DNA of 61,058 nucleotides from Octopus bimaculoides (Eukaryota), in NCBI RefSeq assembly GCF_001194135.2, contig NC_068990.1:58366664-58427721 (forward strand), in the 5' to 3' direction. The notes beneath the pieces are model-generated. The model did not search any database. It saw only the letters and a program-made list of their open reading frames with translations, and had not been told where the DNA came from. This document shows, in pieces, positions 1 to 12,459 of the stretch. The position numbers were made by a program, and so were the translations under genes. Position 1 is the first letter of the stretch; every line of letters begins with the position of its first letter.

Positions 1-33
<33 letters not shown>

Positions 34-85
34 GTATATAAAGGACTGAAACAAGTAAAAGAGTAAAAGAGAGAGTATATATATA

Positions 86-985
86 TCGAGTCATCCCATA
101 ATTAATGCGATTTTTTTATTGCATGGACTAAAGGTTGGAGGTAGGCGGAATAAACCGCCTGCATCAACTTGCTATAGAAACAGGTAGTAATTTTACCTTA
201 CCTTATTTTTCGTGCAAGTTTTGATGAAAAGTACAGTTCGATTTTAACAGTTATTTTTTCAAATTTATATGGAAGTGACAAAGGAGCATATTCGGCATAT
301 TTTGCGTTATTAGTCCAATAAAGGCAACAATGCAAGGGAAAGTGCATGGAATATTAATGCAGTAAATGGGGATCGGACAATAAGCGTAAGCCAGTGTGAG
401 CAGGGTTTCCTGAAATTCTGAGTCAGAAGCGACAGCCTACAAGGCGAGCCTCGTCCTGAAAGAACTGTAGAGCTCGACGAGGACGTCCTGCAAACCCTGG
501 TGGAACAAAATCCCATCGTAACTGTTGAGGAACTAGCAGAGAACCTTGGATTTTGTCATCCAACTAGTCTTTCAAGTCAGCGCTCGAAGAAAAACGACCA
601 ACTTTTTTATTTCAAGAGGATGGACGTTCTTCCATTAGGATAATGCTCGGCCACATACAGCGAAGATGACATTCCAAAGGCTGGAGTAGTTTGAATGGGA
701 AACGATGCCACACCCCACCATATTCACAGAACATTGTCCCTTCTGATTATCTCGAAGTTTTCAAAATCATTTGGACGGATAAAATATGAATTCTATAAAC
801 GAAGTCAGAGCATTACTGGAGGTTTATTTTTCCTCGCGGAAGAGGGGCCTTGCAAGTCTACCAGATAGATGGAAGAGCATTGTAAAAAGTTAAGGAGAGT
901 ATATTTTAGATTAAAAAAGAACTTTGTCATTCTTAATTTTGAAAAAAAAAGTATAAAAACACCACATTATTTATGGCTGACCAAG
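86..985 (+). mobile_element. Mariner DNA transposon, internally deleted, transposase pseudogene
   Basis: From ATG 269 reads MEVTKEHIRHILRY*SNKGNNARESAWNINAV...GEPRPERTVELDEDVLQTLVEQNPIVTVEELAENLGF (mariner HTH). Later FH*DNARPHTA, PHPPYSQNIVPSDY and LPDRWKSIVKS*GEYILD*. The WVPHEL/first-D segment is missing. Degenerate TIRs at 86-109 and 962-985, each with an outer TA. Confidence 0.9.
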
Positions 986-1035
986 TATACATTATAAACA
1001 CACACACATATATATGAACACACGTACATACATAT

Positions 1036-1101
<66 letters not shown>

Positions 1102-1276
1102 GTATGCATGTATGTATATATACATGCATATCTCTCTCTTTCTCTCTCTCTCTCTCTCTTTATATATNNNNNNNNNNNNNNNNNNNNNNNNNNNNNNNNN
1201 NNNNNNNNNNNNNNNNNNNNNNNNNNNNNNNNNNNNNNNNNNNNNNNNNNNNNNNNNNNNNNNNNNNNNNNNNNNN

Positions 1277-1343
<67 letters not shown>

Positions 1344-1451
1344 TAGATATTAATATTTCTAAGTCTCTCTAAAAGAGACTACGGCAGCGGTACTGGATAT
1401 TACGGCAGTGGTAATTACGGCGATAATTATTAATATATATATATATTAATT

Positions 1452-1647
1452 AAAAATTTTGTCACTGGGCCCGTAATTTCGGGGGACAGAGTAAGCCGAT
1501 TACATCGATCCCAGTATTTATTTTATCGGCCCCTAAAGGATGAAAGGCCCAGTGGAACTTGGTGAGACTTGAACTCTGAACGTAAAGACGGCCGAAATGC
1601 CGGTAAACATTCTTCCCAATGGGCAAACGATTCTACTACCTCGCCGC
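1452..1647 (-). mobile_element. SINE family A (tRNA-like head), diverged
   Basis: Reverse complement matches plus-strand copies at 37154 and 50433 (GGCGAG.TGGCAGAATCGTT head, GAGTTCAA B-box, CTTTCATCCTTT..GGGG.CGATAAAATAA body). Confidence 0.85.
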
Positions 1648-1677
1648 ACTAATACATATAGGTATATTATATAATGT

Positions 1678-1749
<72 letters not shown>

Positions 1750-1775
1750 TTATACGCACACACACACATCCATAC

Positions 1776-1807
<32 letters not shown>

Positions 1808-2499
1808 GCACAAACAGGCACTCATATACACATCGCGCGCATATTTACTATATATGTATGCATGTAAGTATGCATGTATGTATGTATGTAGGTAGGTATG
1901 AATGTATGTTTGTGTGAGTGTGTGCCTGTGTTTATGATTGTATGTCCAGTTTAGCTTGAATGATAGTATATCCTGCAAGAGAAATAACTTTGACAGACCA
2001 TAAGATAGAAAAAATATATAAATATATGTGACGTTGTTGAATATGACAAAGCGTATCACGTGACCTGTCACTCAAAGGAATTGTTTTGTTACCAATGTTC
2101 TTTGGTCAAGTTGATTTGCTTCCTCGCTTGTTACCGTAAAATGCAACAACATGTCAGAAGTTCAAATTATGAAAATGTTGTTGGACAAAAGACACACACA
2201 TACACGGAGGCACATGCATTTACATATACCTAAGTAGATGCATGCACACTTCCATGCTTCACTTTTGAATGAATGTTGATGCTGTCTCCAAAATGGACAC
2301 ATCTGCGATGTTTTAATGTTTTTAGAAAGTTAGAAAATGTTCACGTGGTTTGATGGGTGACGTCAGTAGCGTGCGAACAAAGTCCGAGATACTTAATTGG
2401 AGAACAAGTCTAACATGACCTACATACATAGTGGAGGTCTAAGAGTGAAATTACCCACAATCCGGAAGTGACAAATACTTTTATGTCACCCGAGCCAAA

Positions 2500-3010
2500 G
2501 AGAAGTCTCTACGTGACCACTCAGCTTCATAGAAATACCAGCTAAATCACTCCTAAACCACAGCGTCTCGCCTATAAAAAAGAAAGGCGTTGAATATAGA
2601 AGAACGATGGAATAATCTTTGCAAGGAAGCTTTTGATCCATGTCTGCTCGATCAGTGCTAACCAAAGACAACAACGACAACAACAACAACGAAAGTGAAG
2701 CTTGTTCGGAGTTGCTCAGCTCATGAAAAATAACTAAATCTCTCCGAAATCACACAGTAACTTCAGGTTTTTTTTTTTAAGGCGTTAAACAGGGGAAATT
2801 GATGGGATAGTCACAAAAGGAAAGCATTTGATCACAGGTCTTCCCGATCAGTGCTGACCAAAAACTAAATAACAACAACAGCAGACGACACCAGCCGTCC
2901 AAGTAGCTTCTACGTCATTGCCACGACCTGCTAGAAATAGCAGCCAAATATCTCGCAAAACTTATCGTACCGTTCTGAATAAAGAAAAGATATATGACAT
3001 AATGTTGTTT
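2500..3010 (+). repeat. Tandem diverged ~200-bp units of AAC-tailed interspersed repeat (family E)
   Basis: Recurrent GCTAGAAATAGCAGCCAAAT-like and AAAGC.TTTGATC...CGATCAGTGCT.ACC motifs ending in (AAC)n. Related copies on the minus strand near 42775-42970 and 55945-56105. Confidence 0.65.
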
Positions 3011-3037
3011 TAGGTACCCTTAAAACTGAGGTGGTTC

Positions 3038-3288
3038 AGGCGCGTGACTTAGTGATTAAGGTGTTGGATTCATGAGCATAAGGTTGTGGTTTCGATTTCT
3101 GGACTGGGCGACGAGTTGTGTTCTTGAGCAGGGGAATTCATTTTACGTTGCTCCAGTCCACTCAGCTGGCAAAAATGAGTGATGCTGCGACGGACCAGCG
3201 TCCCGTCCAGGGGGGGAATTTATACACCATAGAAACCGGGAAACCGGCCCTTAGGAGCCGGCATGACTCGAGGAGGTAACTTTACTTT
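3038..3288 (+). mobile_element. SINE family B (tRNA-like head, GTGTTCTTGAGC core)
   Basis: A-box-like GACTTAGTGATTAAGG, B-box-like GTTTCGATTTC, core TTGCTCCAGTCCACTCAGCTGGCAAAAATGAGT, tail GACTCGAGGAGGTAACTTTACTTT. Homologous to 26623, 41923 and 50064. Confidence 0.9.
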
Positions 3289-3707
3289 CACCTGTTAAAA
3301 GTGAAGTCATCAAGACTGAAAATGTTTGAGTCATTCGCTTGAAAAGGATTATCCGGAGCTTCACAACGATGCTAAAAAATGCCGTGCAACCGGAGGAGAT
3401 TCTAAGTGTTCGTTCAATAGATGGATGATAAGAAGTAGGAAAAAAATGATGTCTTGGTAAACAATTGTGATAAAGACGCCATTTATTACATCTATCCTTG
3501 TTTATTACTTTTCGCCGAACTACTAATTTGTGGTGACGTAAACAAACCAATATCGGTTGTCTAAGAGTAAGGAGTCTAACACAAATAGAAACGCATAAAC
3601 ACACATGCACGCACGCACACGCACGCACACACACACACACACACACAATACATGTGTGTGTGTGTTTGTTTGTTTGTGTGTATGTGTGTGTTTGTTTGTG
3701 TGTGAGT

Positions 3708-4088
3708 AGGCTCAATGGCCCAGTGGTTAGAGCAGCGGACTCGCTGACGTAGGATCGCGGTTTCGATTCCCAGACCGGGCGTTGTGAGTGTTTATTGAGC
3801 GAAAACACCTAAAGCTCCACGAGGCTCCGGCAGTAGGGTGGTGGCGAACCCTGCTGTACTCTTACACCACAACTTTCTCTCACTCTTTCTTCCTGTTTCT
3901 TTTGTACCTGTATTTCATAGGGCCAGCCTTGTAACACTCTGTTGTCACGCTGACTCTCCTCCAGAACTACGTTAAGGGTATATGTGTCTGTGGAGTACTC
4001 AGCCACTTGCACGTTGATTTCACGAGCAGGCTGTTCTGTTGATCGGATCAACTGGAACCCTTTCGTATTCTTAACCAACGGAGTGCCA
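3708..4088 (+). mobile_element. SINE family C, full length
   Basis: Head GGCTCAATGGCCCAGTGGTTAG...GGTTTCGATTCCC; tail with GTTGAT-CGG-ATCAAC hairpin ending GACGGAGTGCCA-like. Homologous to 50688-51025. Confidence 0.9.
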
Positions 4089-4372
4089 CGAATATATATA
4101 TATATATATAGTCAGACGTGATAATTGATGCAGAATTGTGGTAACGCCGATTTATTTGAACCGGGCATTCTAGATTTACTTTTCTTGAAGAGCAGCATGT
4201 GTGAAATACCATTATATTCCTTCAAGCAAACTGTTATTTCTGGGAGTTCATTTCTCATAACAACCATATTTTTCTCCATATTTGTAAAGCTCTTTCTGAC
4301 CTGTTTAATTATTGCTGGTGTTATAGCGTCAGTAGAAAAGATTTGAGCTTGAATCTGACGGCACAAAACGTA

Positions 4373-5339
4373 ATTACCTCGGCCAAGGAAGGAGGTTATG
4401 TTTTCATTGGTGTTGGTTTGTCTGTCTGTCCGTCTGAGTGCAAAATAACTCAAAAAGTTGTGAACGGTATTTGATGAAACTTGCAGGAAAAGTTGGTAAT
4501 GACACAAGGAACAAATGATGAAATTTTGGTAGTGAATCCGGGAATTTTTATGGATTCTTGAAGGATTTTTCATTTGTTATATTTACTTTGCATTAAGTAT
4601 TGCCATGTTACGTTCTTTGATTATCTCCATTGAAAACACGTTCATCGTTTCCACGTAACCTATAGTGGCGTTTCTAGTGGCGTTGCTGTTTACAAAGTTT
4701 TATTTTCATTTCTCTGTTAGTAATTTTACTCGCGTATCTATGGACTCTTGATGGATGATTCATACTATACAGACCACAGAGGGATGTAAAGTAGATAGGT
4801 TTAGTTTCGTAAGAAGACGGATACCTCTTTTCTCTTTGCCAAGGAATCATCTGACCATCGTCCTTGGTGATTTCAATGTGGATCTTGATTCCTCTAACCA
4901 TGAGATCTTGACAACTATGAACCAGTTTGGGTTCGACCAACTAGTCCCAAAACCCACCACCGACTATGGATGCCTGCTAGATCATGTTTATGTGAACCAG
5001 GATCGGTGTCAACAAGTCACCGTAACCGACTGTTACTTTTCTGACCATGATGTTGTGTGTGTGTATCACTCAAGTGTTAGGTAATTGTTTCTTTTTAGTT
5101 GTATGGTGAAACTAGCTTGCTGTTATCATTGATGTATTATAACTGCTTCAGATAATTCCTGCTTTAAAGTTTTTTTTAATCATATGATTGTGTTATTTTT
5201 TTTAACCCCGCCAAGGAGGTTATGTTTTTGCCGGCGCTTGTTTGGGAAATTGGGCGATTTTTAGCATGCGTGTATATGGGTGGAAATGAGCGCAGAGCTC
5301 CGCCAAGCAGCTCTGCGCTCTCCGAGTGCTTTTCTAGTT
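4373..5339 (+). mobile_element. Helentron-type (Helitron2) non-autonomous composite element
   Basis: 5' ATTACCTCGGCCAAGG..GGAGGTTATGTTTTC followed by a (GTCT)n tract. A second 5'-type terminus CCCCGCCAAGGAGGTTATG at ~5204. 3' end GCTCTGCGCTCTCCGAGTGCTTTTCTAGTT with hairpin. This layout is the known HINE/DINE-1 architecture. Confidence 0.75.
4845..5084 (+). pseudogene. AP-like (EEP) endonuclease C-terminal fragment, Helentron type
   Basis: TIVLGDFNVD...GFDQLVPKPTTDYGCLLDHVYVN...DCYFSDHDVV. The GDFN, DH and SDH motifs are present. A stop follows shortly after SDH, so the domain is C-terminal (Helentron-like) rather than the N-terminal domain of a LINE ORF2. Confidence 0.8.
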
Positions 5340-6518
5340 CCCTAATGTTGTCGGAGTTCATTATTTGGTCATTCATTTTTATTCTGGAATTATTGAAGAA
5401 TGTTTTAACTACATATTTATTGTTAAGAAATATTCATTCAGGCTAATTATTTTTAATACAAAAGCGAATCGCTCTTTAAATGTACATAAAAACAAACATC
5501 CAGTGCAGAAAAGTAATGTACATACGCCAGCTAACATTGATGTAGCAAGACCAATCTTTGCACTTGTCCAGTCAATGAGCTGGCTGTGTGTTATTCGATG
5601 TTCATTTAAATTTTTCCTTCTCTTTAGAAAGACATGAATGTCAAATGTTTGTTTTGATTTATAAGATGCTGGTATAAATTTGAAACTTGGGTTAAAACAA
5701 ATACATGTATACACAGATTCTATGTAATCAAGGGCGGATTTCACATTTTACTCATTCTCCACCTTTCTTTTTTACATAACATAAACTCTTCGAGATCGTG
5801 AAAAGCTAATACATTGTAGTTAGTTTACTATGCTTATTCTAGAGTTACATAAGGATTTAAACCCAAATAGATGAAAAAAAAGAAAAAGAAAACTAAAGAA
5901 AGTTAATCAGTTTGACTGAGATATTGATATACGGTGGTTGTCTATGTTAACAAATGACGTCTATTATTTCACAGTTTAGTCAGAGAGGAAGCATCTGCGC
6001 CCACGACACTTCTTTTGCAGAGTTTCAGAGTTTTATGAGAAAAGATGAAAGCAAGTTATCTTCAAACTGGTGCCCTGGTTCAAATGCTTACAACGAAGTG
6101 AATCCCACAAGTCGCACTCAAGAACGAGGCGGGTGGTGAAGTTTGCCCGTCAAGAACATTGAACACCAAGAGACCGCGCAAATACGGCAACGTATATCAG
6201 TCAGACGAAGTCTAACAATTCCCTCAATCCACTACTATGGACATATATTTTGCATCATCGACCCTGGAAGGAGGAAATGCAGTGCTGACCTAGGCGGCGG
6301 GATTTGAACTCAGGGAGCAAATACTGGAAGCAAATATTGAAAGGACAATAGCGCAGGTTGTGTGTATGCCACCCGGGATAGTCCTTGATTTTGTCCCCAC
6401 CCAGCAATACAGCCTATACGCACTTAAGCTGCAGACTCAAAAGTGTCACCACTGTAAGCGCAACGCCTGAAGTGGACGGCATCCCCACCTGTTCGTGAGC
6501 AATGCTACTGTGGAAGGC

Positions 6519-6826
6519 GAAGGCACGTGGCTCGGTGGTTAGGGTATCGGACTCACGATCATAAGATCGTGAGTTCGATACCACATGGCAGGACACTTTA
6601 TTACACTTTGTTCTAGTCCACTTAGCTGTCCAAATTGGGTTGTACCTCTAATTCAAAGGGCCACCAGCCTTGAACCATTTTGTGTCATGCTGAATCTCCT
6701 CGAAAACTACGTTAAGGGCACACGTGTCTGTGGCGGGCTCAGCCAATTGCACGTTAATTTCATAAGCAGGCTGTTCCGTTGATCGGATCAACTGAAACCC
6801 TTTTCGTCGTAACCTACGTAAGGCCA
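6519..6826 (+). mobile_element. Hybrid SINE: family-B head/core with family-C tail
   Basis: GAAGGCACGTGGCTCGGTGGTTAGGG head and CTAGTCCACTTAGCTG core, then AACTACGTTAAGGG...GTTCCGTTGATCGGATCAAC tail. Confidence 0.85.
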
Positions 6827-7289
6827 GTTTGTTATACTGCAGAATTTATTTGGTCCTACGTTGTAACGTTTCTGACAATTTGCCGCTAAATAAATGTGTG
6901 GAAAAACTGTCGGTCTTTGACCGCGAACTTCCAGCACTTAAAGTTTCGACTAACTTACATTTATGAACAGTGTCAACCAAAACTTAATGAAGCACGCATT
7001 CTTGTGTCCAGTATTTTGTGTACTTATATTCCTTGTGTTTCGTTTTACTCATAATGCCATCTATCACAGTTTTACGTTTAATTGAATCCGAAAACGGATA
7101 AGTCAACTTTGCCTGAAGATCTTTTTTCTCTTATTTATCACAACCTATTCCTGACAGACCAATTAATAGGATGTTTTAAGAACAAATATATTCACCAACA
7201 TAATGAAACATGTTGTAACATAAAAACTGTTGTTCTTCGCTATTTTTATTAAAATCATATAGCGGATGATAAAACCATAAAATATTTCT

Positions 7290-7310
7290 TTATGTACGTA
7301 TTCGCGTGGT

Positions 7311-7400
<90 letters not shown>
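7290..7400. repeat. (TG)n microsatellite
   Basis: About 80 bp of pure TG repeat (~7315-7393). Confidence 0.98.
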
Positions 7401-7402
<2 letters not shown>

Positions 7403-7595
7403 AACGTTCGTATATGTATTCGCCGCGGTCGGGAAGTTAGAAAAGTTATAAAAAATTGGTTGCACGACATTGTATAATCATTTGTCGGTTTTTGAAGTCC
7501 GGGTTTAGCATTAAAATCTTATGCTCTTTTTTCACTCCATCGCTTTCTTTGCCCTTCTATTGTCAGTATATTTATACATACATACATATATGTAT

Positions 7596-7658
<63 letters not shown>

Positions 7659-7809
7659 TTCAACGTTTACCAGTTTAGGACTGGATGCAGATTTAGTGAG
7701 ATATCTCATCACATCTACAAATTCAGAAATGTCCTTGCTTCTCTAAGGAGTTGAAATAAGATCGGAACGACTCAAGAGTTATCTCCCTAGTCCAAGTAAT
7801 TAAAATATT

Positions 7810-8260
7810 ACTTGATGACACATAACTGTATAAAATTAGTCTTCTTAGTCTGTACATATATACTTTTCGAGATGGCAGAACAGTTCCCAGACATAAATGG
7901 AGGTCTATATAGTGATGAGTGTTTACTTTACCTTCAAAATGTTGCTGACCAAAAAGTACAAAAAGTTAAGAATAGATTAGTTAAGCTTTACCGTAGAATG
8001 GGTTTAAGCATCGTCTTTCATGATGATGTAACGAAGGCCAACTTTTTAGATATTATATTTACAGCATATTCTGTTAAAATGTCGTATTGACGAGTTTTAT
8101 TCCTTTGGAATAATACCAGTGATATCTTCGAAACATGTGTCGGAAGTAAAAGAATTTGAATATCACCTGCATTTAACTCCATTTATTTATTCATTTATAT
8201 ATATCATACAAAATATTTCACGTAAACCCGGAGTTTCTACCTTTAAAAACAAGGACTTTC
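7810..8260 (+). pseudogene. Penelope-like element reverse-transcriptase relic
   Basis: YILFEMAEQFPDINGGLYSDECLLYL...KLYRRMGLSIVFHDDVTKANFLDI resembles the PLE GLYRDD and NFLD motifs with typical spacing; the catalytic DD is degenerate. Confidence 0.75.
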
Positions 8261-9346
8261 GGCCTTTTTACTTGTGTGATATTTTGCTACCCTGGCAACT
8301 ATTTATCTATTTTTTCGTGTTAATAGTAAAAAAGAGAGAAATACACACACACACACACACACANNNNNNNNNNNNNNNNNNNNNNNNNNNNNNNNNNNNN
8401 NNNNNNNNNNNNNNNNNNNNNNNNNNNNNNNNNNNNNNNNNNNNNNNNNNNNNNNNNNNNNNNNNNNNNNNNNNNNNNNNNNNNNNNNNNNNNNNNNNNN
8501 NNNNNNNNNNNNNNNNNNNNNNNNNNNNNNNNNNNNNNNNNNNNNNNNNNNNNNNNNNNNNNNNNNNNNNNNNNNNNNNNNNNNNNNNNNNNNNNNNNNN
8601 NNNNNNNNNNNNNNNNNNNNNNNNNNNNNNNNNNNNNNNNNNNNNNNNNNNNNNNNNNNNNNNNNNNNNNNNNNNNNNNNNNNNNNNNNNNNNNNNNNNN
8701 NNNNNNNNNNNNNNNNNNNNNNNNNNNNNNNNNNNNNNNNNNNNNNNNNNNNNNNNNNNNNNNNNNNNNNNNNNNNNNNNNNNNNNNNNNNNNNNNNNNN
8801 NNNNNNNNNNNNNNNNNNNNNNNNNNNNNNNNNNNNNNNNNNNNNNNNNNNNNNNNNNNNNNNNNNNNNNNNNNNNNNNNNNNNNNNNNNNNNNNNNNNN
8901 NNNNNNNNNNNNNNNNNNNNNNNNNNNNNNNNNNNNNNNNNNNNNNNNNNNNNNNNNNNNNNNNNNNNNNNNNNNNNNNNNNNNNNNNNNNNNNNNNNNN
9001 NNNNNNNNNNNNNNNNNNNNNNNNNNNNNNNNNNNNNNNNNNNNNNNNNNNNNNNNNNNNNNNNNNNNNNNNNNNNNNNNNNNNNNNNNNNNNNNNNNNN
9101 NNNNNNNNNNNNNNNNNNNNNNNNNNNNNNNNNNNNNNNNNNNNNNNNNNNNNNNNNNNNNNNNNNNNNNNNNNNNNNNNNNNNNNNNNNNNNNNNNNNN
9201 NNNNNNNNNNNNNNNNNNNNNNNNNNNNNNNNNNNNNNNNNNNNNNNNNNNNNNNNNNNNNNNNNNNNNNNNNNNNNNNNNNNNNNNNNNNNNNNNNNNN
9301 NNNNNNNNNNNNNNNNNNNNNNNNNNNNNNNNNNNNNNNNNNNNNN

Positions 9347-9375
<29 letters not shown>

Positions 9376-9378
<3 letters not shown>

Positions 9379-9541
9379 GAAGAGCTTTCTTTCAGTTTCC
9401 GTTTACCATATCACTCACAAGGCTCTGCTCGGTCTGAGGTTATAGTAAAAGGCACTTGCCCAAGTTGCCAAGTAGTGCAACTGAACCATGAACGATGTTG
9501 TCGGGAAACAGACTTCTTACCATACACCCATGCTGGCGCCT
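9376..9541 (-). mobile_element. SINE family D, 5' half
   Basis: Reverse complement matches the head at 32475 (TGTGGTAAGAAG...CTTGGGCAAGTG...GGAAACTGAAAGAA). Ends at (TA)n next to a gap. Confidence 0.85.
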
Positions 9542-10029
9542 ATGCATAAAACATAAAAAGAAAGTCCGGTATAACACACGAAATTAATGTATATATTACG
9601 GGTTTTTTTATTATGATTATTTCTATGATCAAAACTAGTATCGCTATAGAATGGAGTTACTTGATAAACGGAATGTACATGGGAAGGAAAACATAATATG
9701 CTTCATGGAAAGAACGTTGATACTGGTGAAAGCTGTTATACCACTCACATGAACAGCTCAACTTTTATGTAGAACGAATATTGATATAGAAAATATACCA
9801 ATTCGCCCTTTTTAACTAGCTGCAAATATGATCTATATGGTTCGGAAAGAATTAATAATCTATGACTGGTTAATTATATATTGTGCACAACAAAGGAACA
9901 AAGAGTATTTGTAATATGCATACAGAATCATAGAAAAATGTAACTGGAAGCAAAACAGGAATTTCCTTTCGTGTCCGTTATATATTATGAATGCGTATTG
10001 CGTGTATATGCTGTGTATGTAGCTAAGTG

Positions 10030-10063
<34 letters not shown>

Positions 10064-10652
10064 GATGGATGTATGACTATTAAGCAAACCCATATATTTA
10101 CGTTTTCCTTGCATTTCTATTGAATATGAGGAATAAGGAATGGAATTCAATATATACGTGTATGTATGTATGTATGTATGTATGTATGTATGTATATNNN
10201 NNNNNNNNNNNNNNNNNNNNNNNNNNNNNNNNNNNNNNNNNNNNNNNNNNNNNNNNNNNNNNNNNNNNNNNNNNNNNNNNNNNNNNNNNNNNNNNNNNNN
10301 NNNNNNNNNNNNNNNNNNNNNNNNNNNNNNNNNNNNNNNNNNNNNNNNNNNNNNNNNNNNNNNNNNNNNNNNNNNNNNNNNNNNNNNNNNNNNNNNNNNN
10401 NNNNNNNNNNNNNNNNNNNNNNNNNNNNNNNNNNNNNNNNNNNNNNNNNNNNNNNNNNNNNNNNNNNNNNNNNNNNNNNNNNNNNNNNNNNNNNNNNNNN
10501 NNNNNNNNNNNNNNNNNNNNNNNNNNNNNNNNNNNNNNNNNNNNNNNNNNNNNNNNNNNNNNNNNNNNNNNNNNNNNNNNNATATATGCATATATTTATA
10601 TGCATATATATATATATGTGTATGTGTCTGTGTCTGTGTGTGTGTATGTATG

Positions 10653-10702
<50 letters not shown>

Positions 10703-10732
10703 GGCATAAGTATGTATCGATGTATTTATATG

Positions 10733-11835
10733 TACGGGCTAGGAAGGGTGTATTTGAGGACAGTTTTGGTATATAATAAAACAACTGTATTTCAGCATAA
10801 ATAGATATGTATTTGAAGAAATGTTTGTGCAATTAGTCTTGATTATGGTTTTTTAAGCAAATTATTCCATGAAACCGCCTTTGGTATCGATGACTGATTC
10901 AATGCAGGACCGAAACCGCTGTCATGCTGACGCTATGTGGTCCTTATTCATTTCGGACATCACCTTCAGTGAAGCTATTATATTATGAGTATGACAATTA
11001 GTCTCCCTTCCAACAGTGCTCCACACGTAGTAGTCCACGGGGTTAATATTTGGAGAGTTTAGAGACAACATATTGGGTGTTACATATTCGTAAAGATTAC
11101 AACCATTCTGGGGTGAGTAGGACTTTTTGAGAAAGTGCTGAGTCTTGTTGAAACACGTATGGGCATCCATTGCATACTTCATCAATCTACGACTTGGTAA
11201 CAGTTTCCAGTACTTCAATGTAATCAGCAGCATTAATTCTAAGACCCTGTGGAAAAACATTGGGAAGGCATCACATAACCTTTGCTACTCACCACTCCTA
11301 AAACCATCACAGTTGCTGGAATTTCGTGCGCATCACTCTGGATACTTCAGAAGGATCTGCACATAACCACCTGTCATTTCTTCTGTTAGACTTTTGATCC
11401 TGGTCAAAGTCTTTTTCGTCAGAGAAAAACCAAAGCCTGCTTTGTTCAGGAAGGCTTTTCACTTTGTTATGTAACCGTTTTGAACCGATGAATGGCTTTC
11501 CCTGTGTCTTTGCAGACACGAATTGGCCTTTCCTTATTACAGAGGACTTATATCAAATGTACCACATTTCTGATAATCCACTCTGACACTCGAGGTTCTT
11601 TAGTAATGGATCTCATTGATCTTCTGGGGGTTTTCAGCGATGTTTTCGACATGTATAAATTCCGGTGTCCTTTTAGTGTCTGAGCGTTGTAAAGGTTTTT
11701 TCTTTCTCTTTGATATAAGTGAACCATTACCATCACATGTCTGCAATTCCAACTAAACTTTGTATACAAATTATCTTGCAGCATTTAGAAAGTTGCTAAT
11801 TTCTAAATCGCTGTGGTAAACTGAATCCAGGTGAG
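10733..11835 (-). mobile_element. Tc1/mariner (maT/DD37D-like) transposon, near full-length transposase pseudogene
   Basis: Frameshifted blocks: HSDLEISNFLNAAR; RRSMRSITKEPRVSEWIIRNVVH; WFFSDEKDFDQDQKSNRRNDRW; PYVFQQDSA; SPNINPVDYYVWSTVGRETN; IESVIDTKGGFME*. TIR-like TA-CGGGCTAGG end at ~10733; the opposite TIR is absent. Catalytic spacing cannot be counted because of frameshifts. Confidence 0.85.
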
Positions 11836-11841
11836 CTCACG

Positions 11842-12445
11842 GCATGGGATTCATTCGTATTGGTTGTACAAAACTTTGTTGGAAATCGTAGAACTGTGCT
11901 GATTTAATAAACAGCATGTTAACAGCGTATGAAAGAATGGGATGCCGAATATCCCTTAAATTGCACTTCTTGCATTCTCATCTCGATTTTTTCCAACGAA
12001 TCTTGGTGCCGTTAGTGATGAATATGGTGAGAGGTTCCACCAGGACGTTTCTGAGATGGAAACGAGGTATCAAGGCATATTAAGTCCACACATGATCGGT
12101 GACTACTGCTACGTTCCTACAACGGGAGACCAGCACGACGTATAAGCGCAAGAGCAAGTGTCTCAAACATTTCTGAGCTGAGCATATTAACAAGAAATGA
12201 GTATTCTCTTAACATAAATATATTATGTACTATTATATTACAATACTATTTGCCTTGAACATAAATATGCTATATACATTACTAATATACTATTATAATA
12301 ATTATTTACCTTGAACTTAACTATTCCTGATACTAATATAATATTAATATATAATTATGCGCATGACTCAAAATCCTGACGTGCTACAGCAATTCTGTGT
12401 TCAGATTCGGAATCAGCGTACACGACTTAGTTTAGTACAGCACCA
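11842..12445 (+). mobile_element. 3' fragment of DNA transposon, Chapaev-like transposase C-terminus
   Basis: AWDSFVLVVQNF...MLTAYERMGCRISLKLHFLHSHLDFF(PT)NLGAVSDEYGERFHQDVSEMETRYQG...MIGDYC with two frameshifts. Terminal region CCTGACGTGCTACAGC...CAGATTCGGAATCAGC. The superfamily label is from recall. Confidence 0.7.
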
Positions 12446-12459
12446 TTTGTACAATAGAT

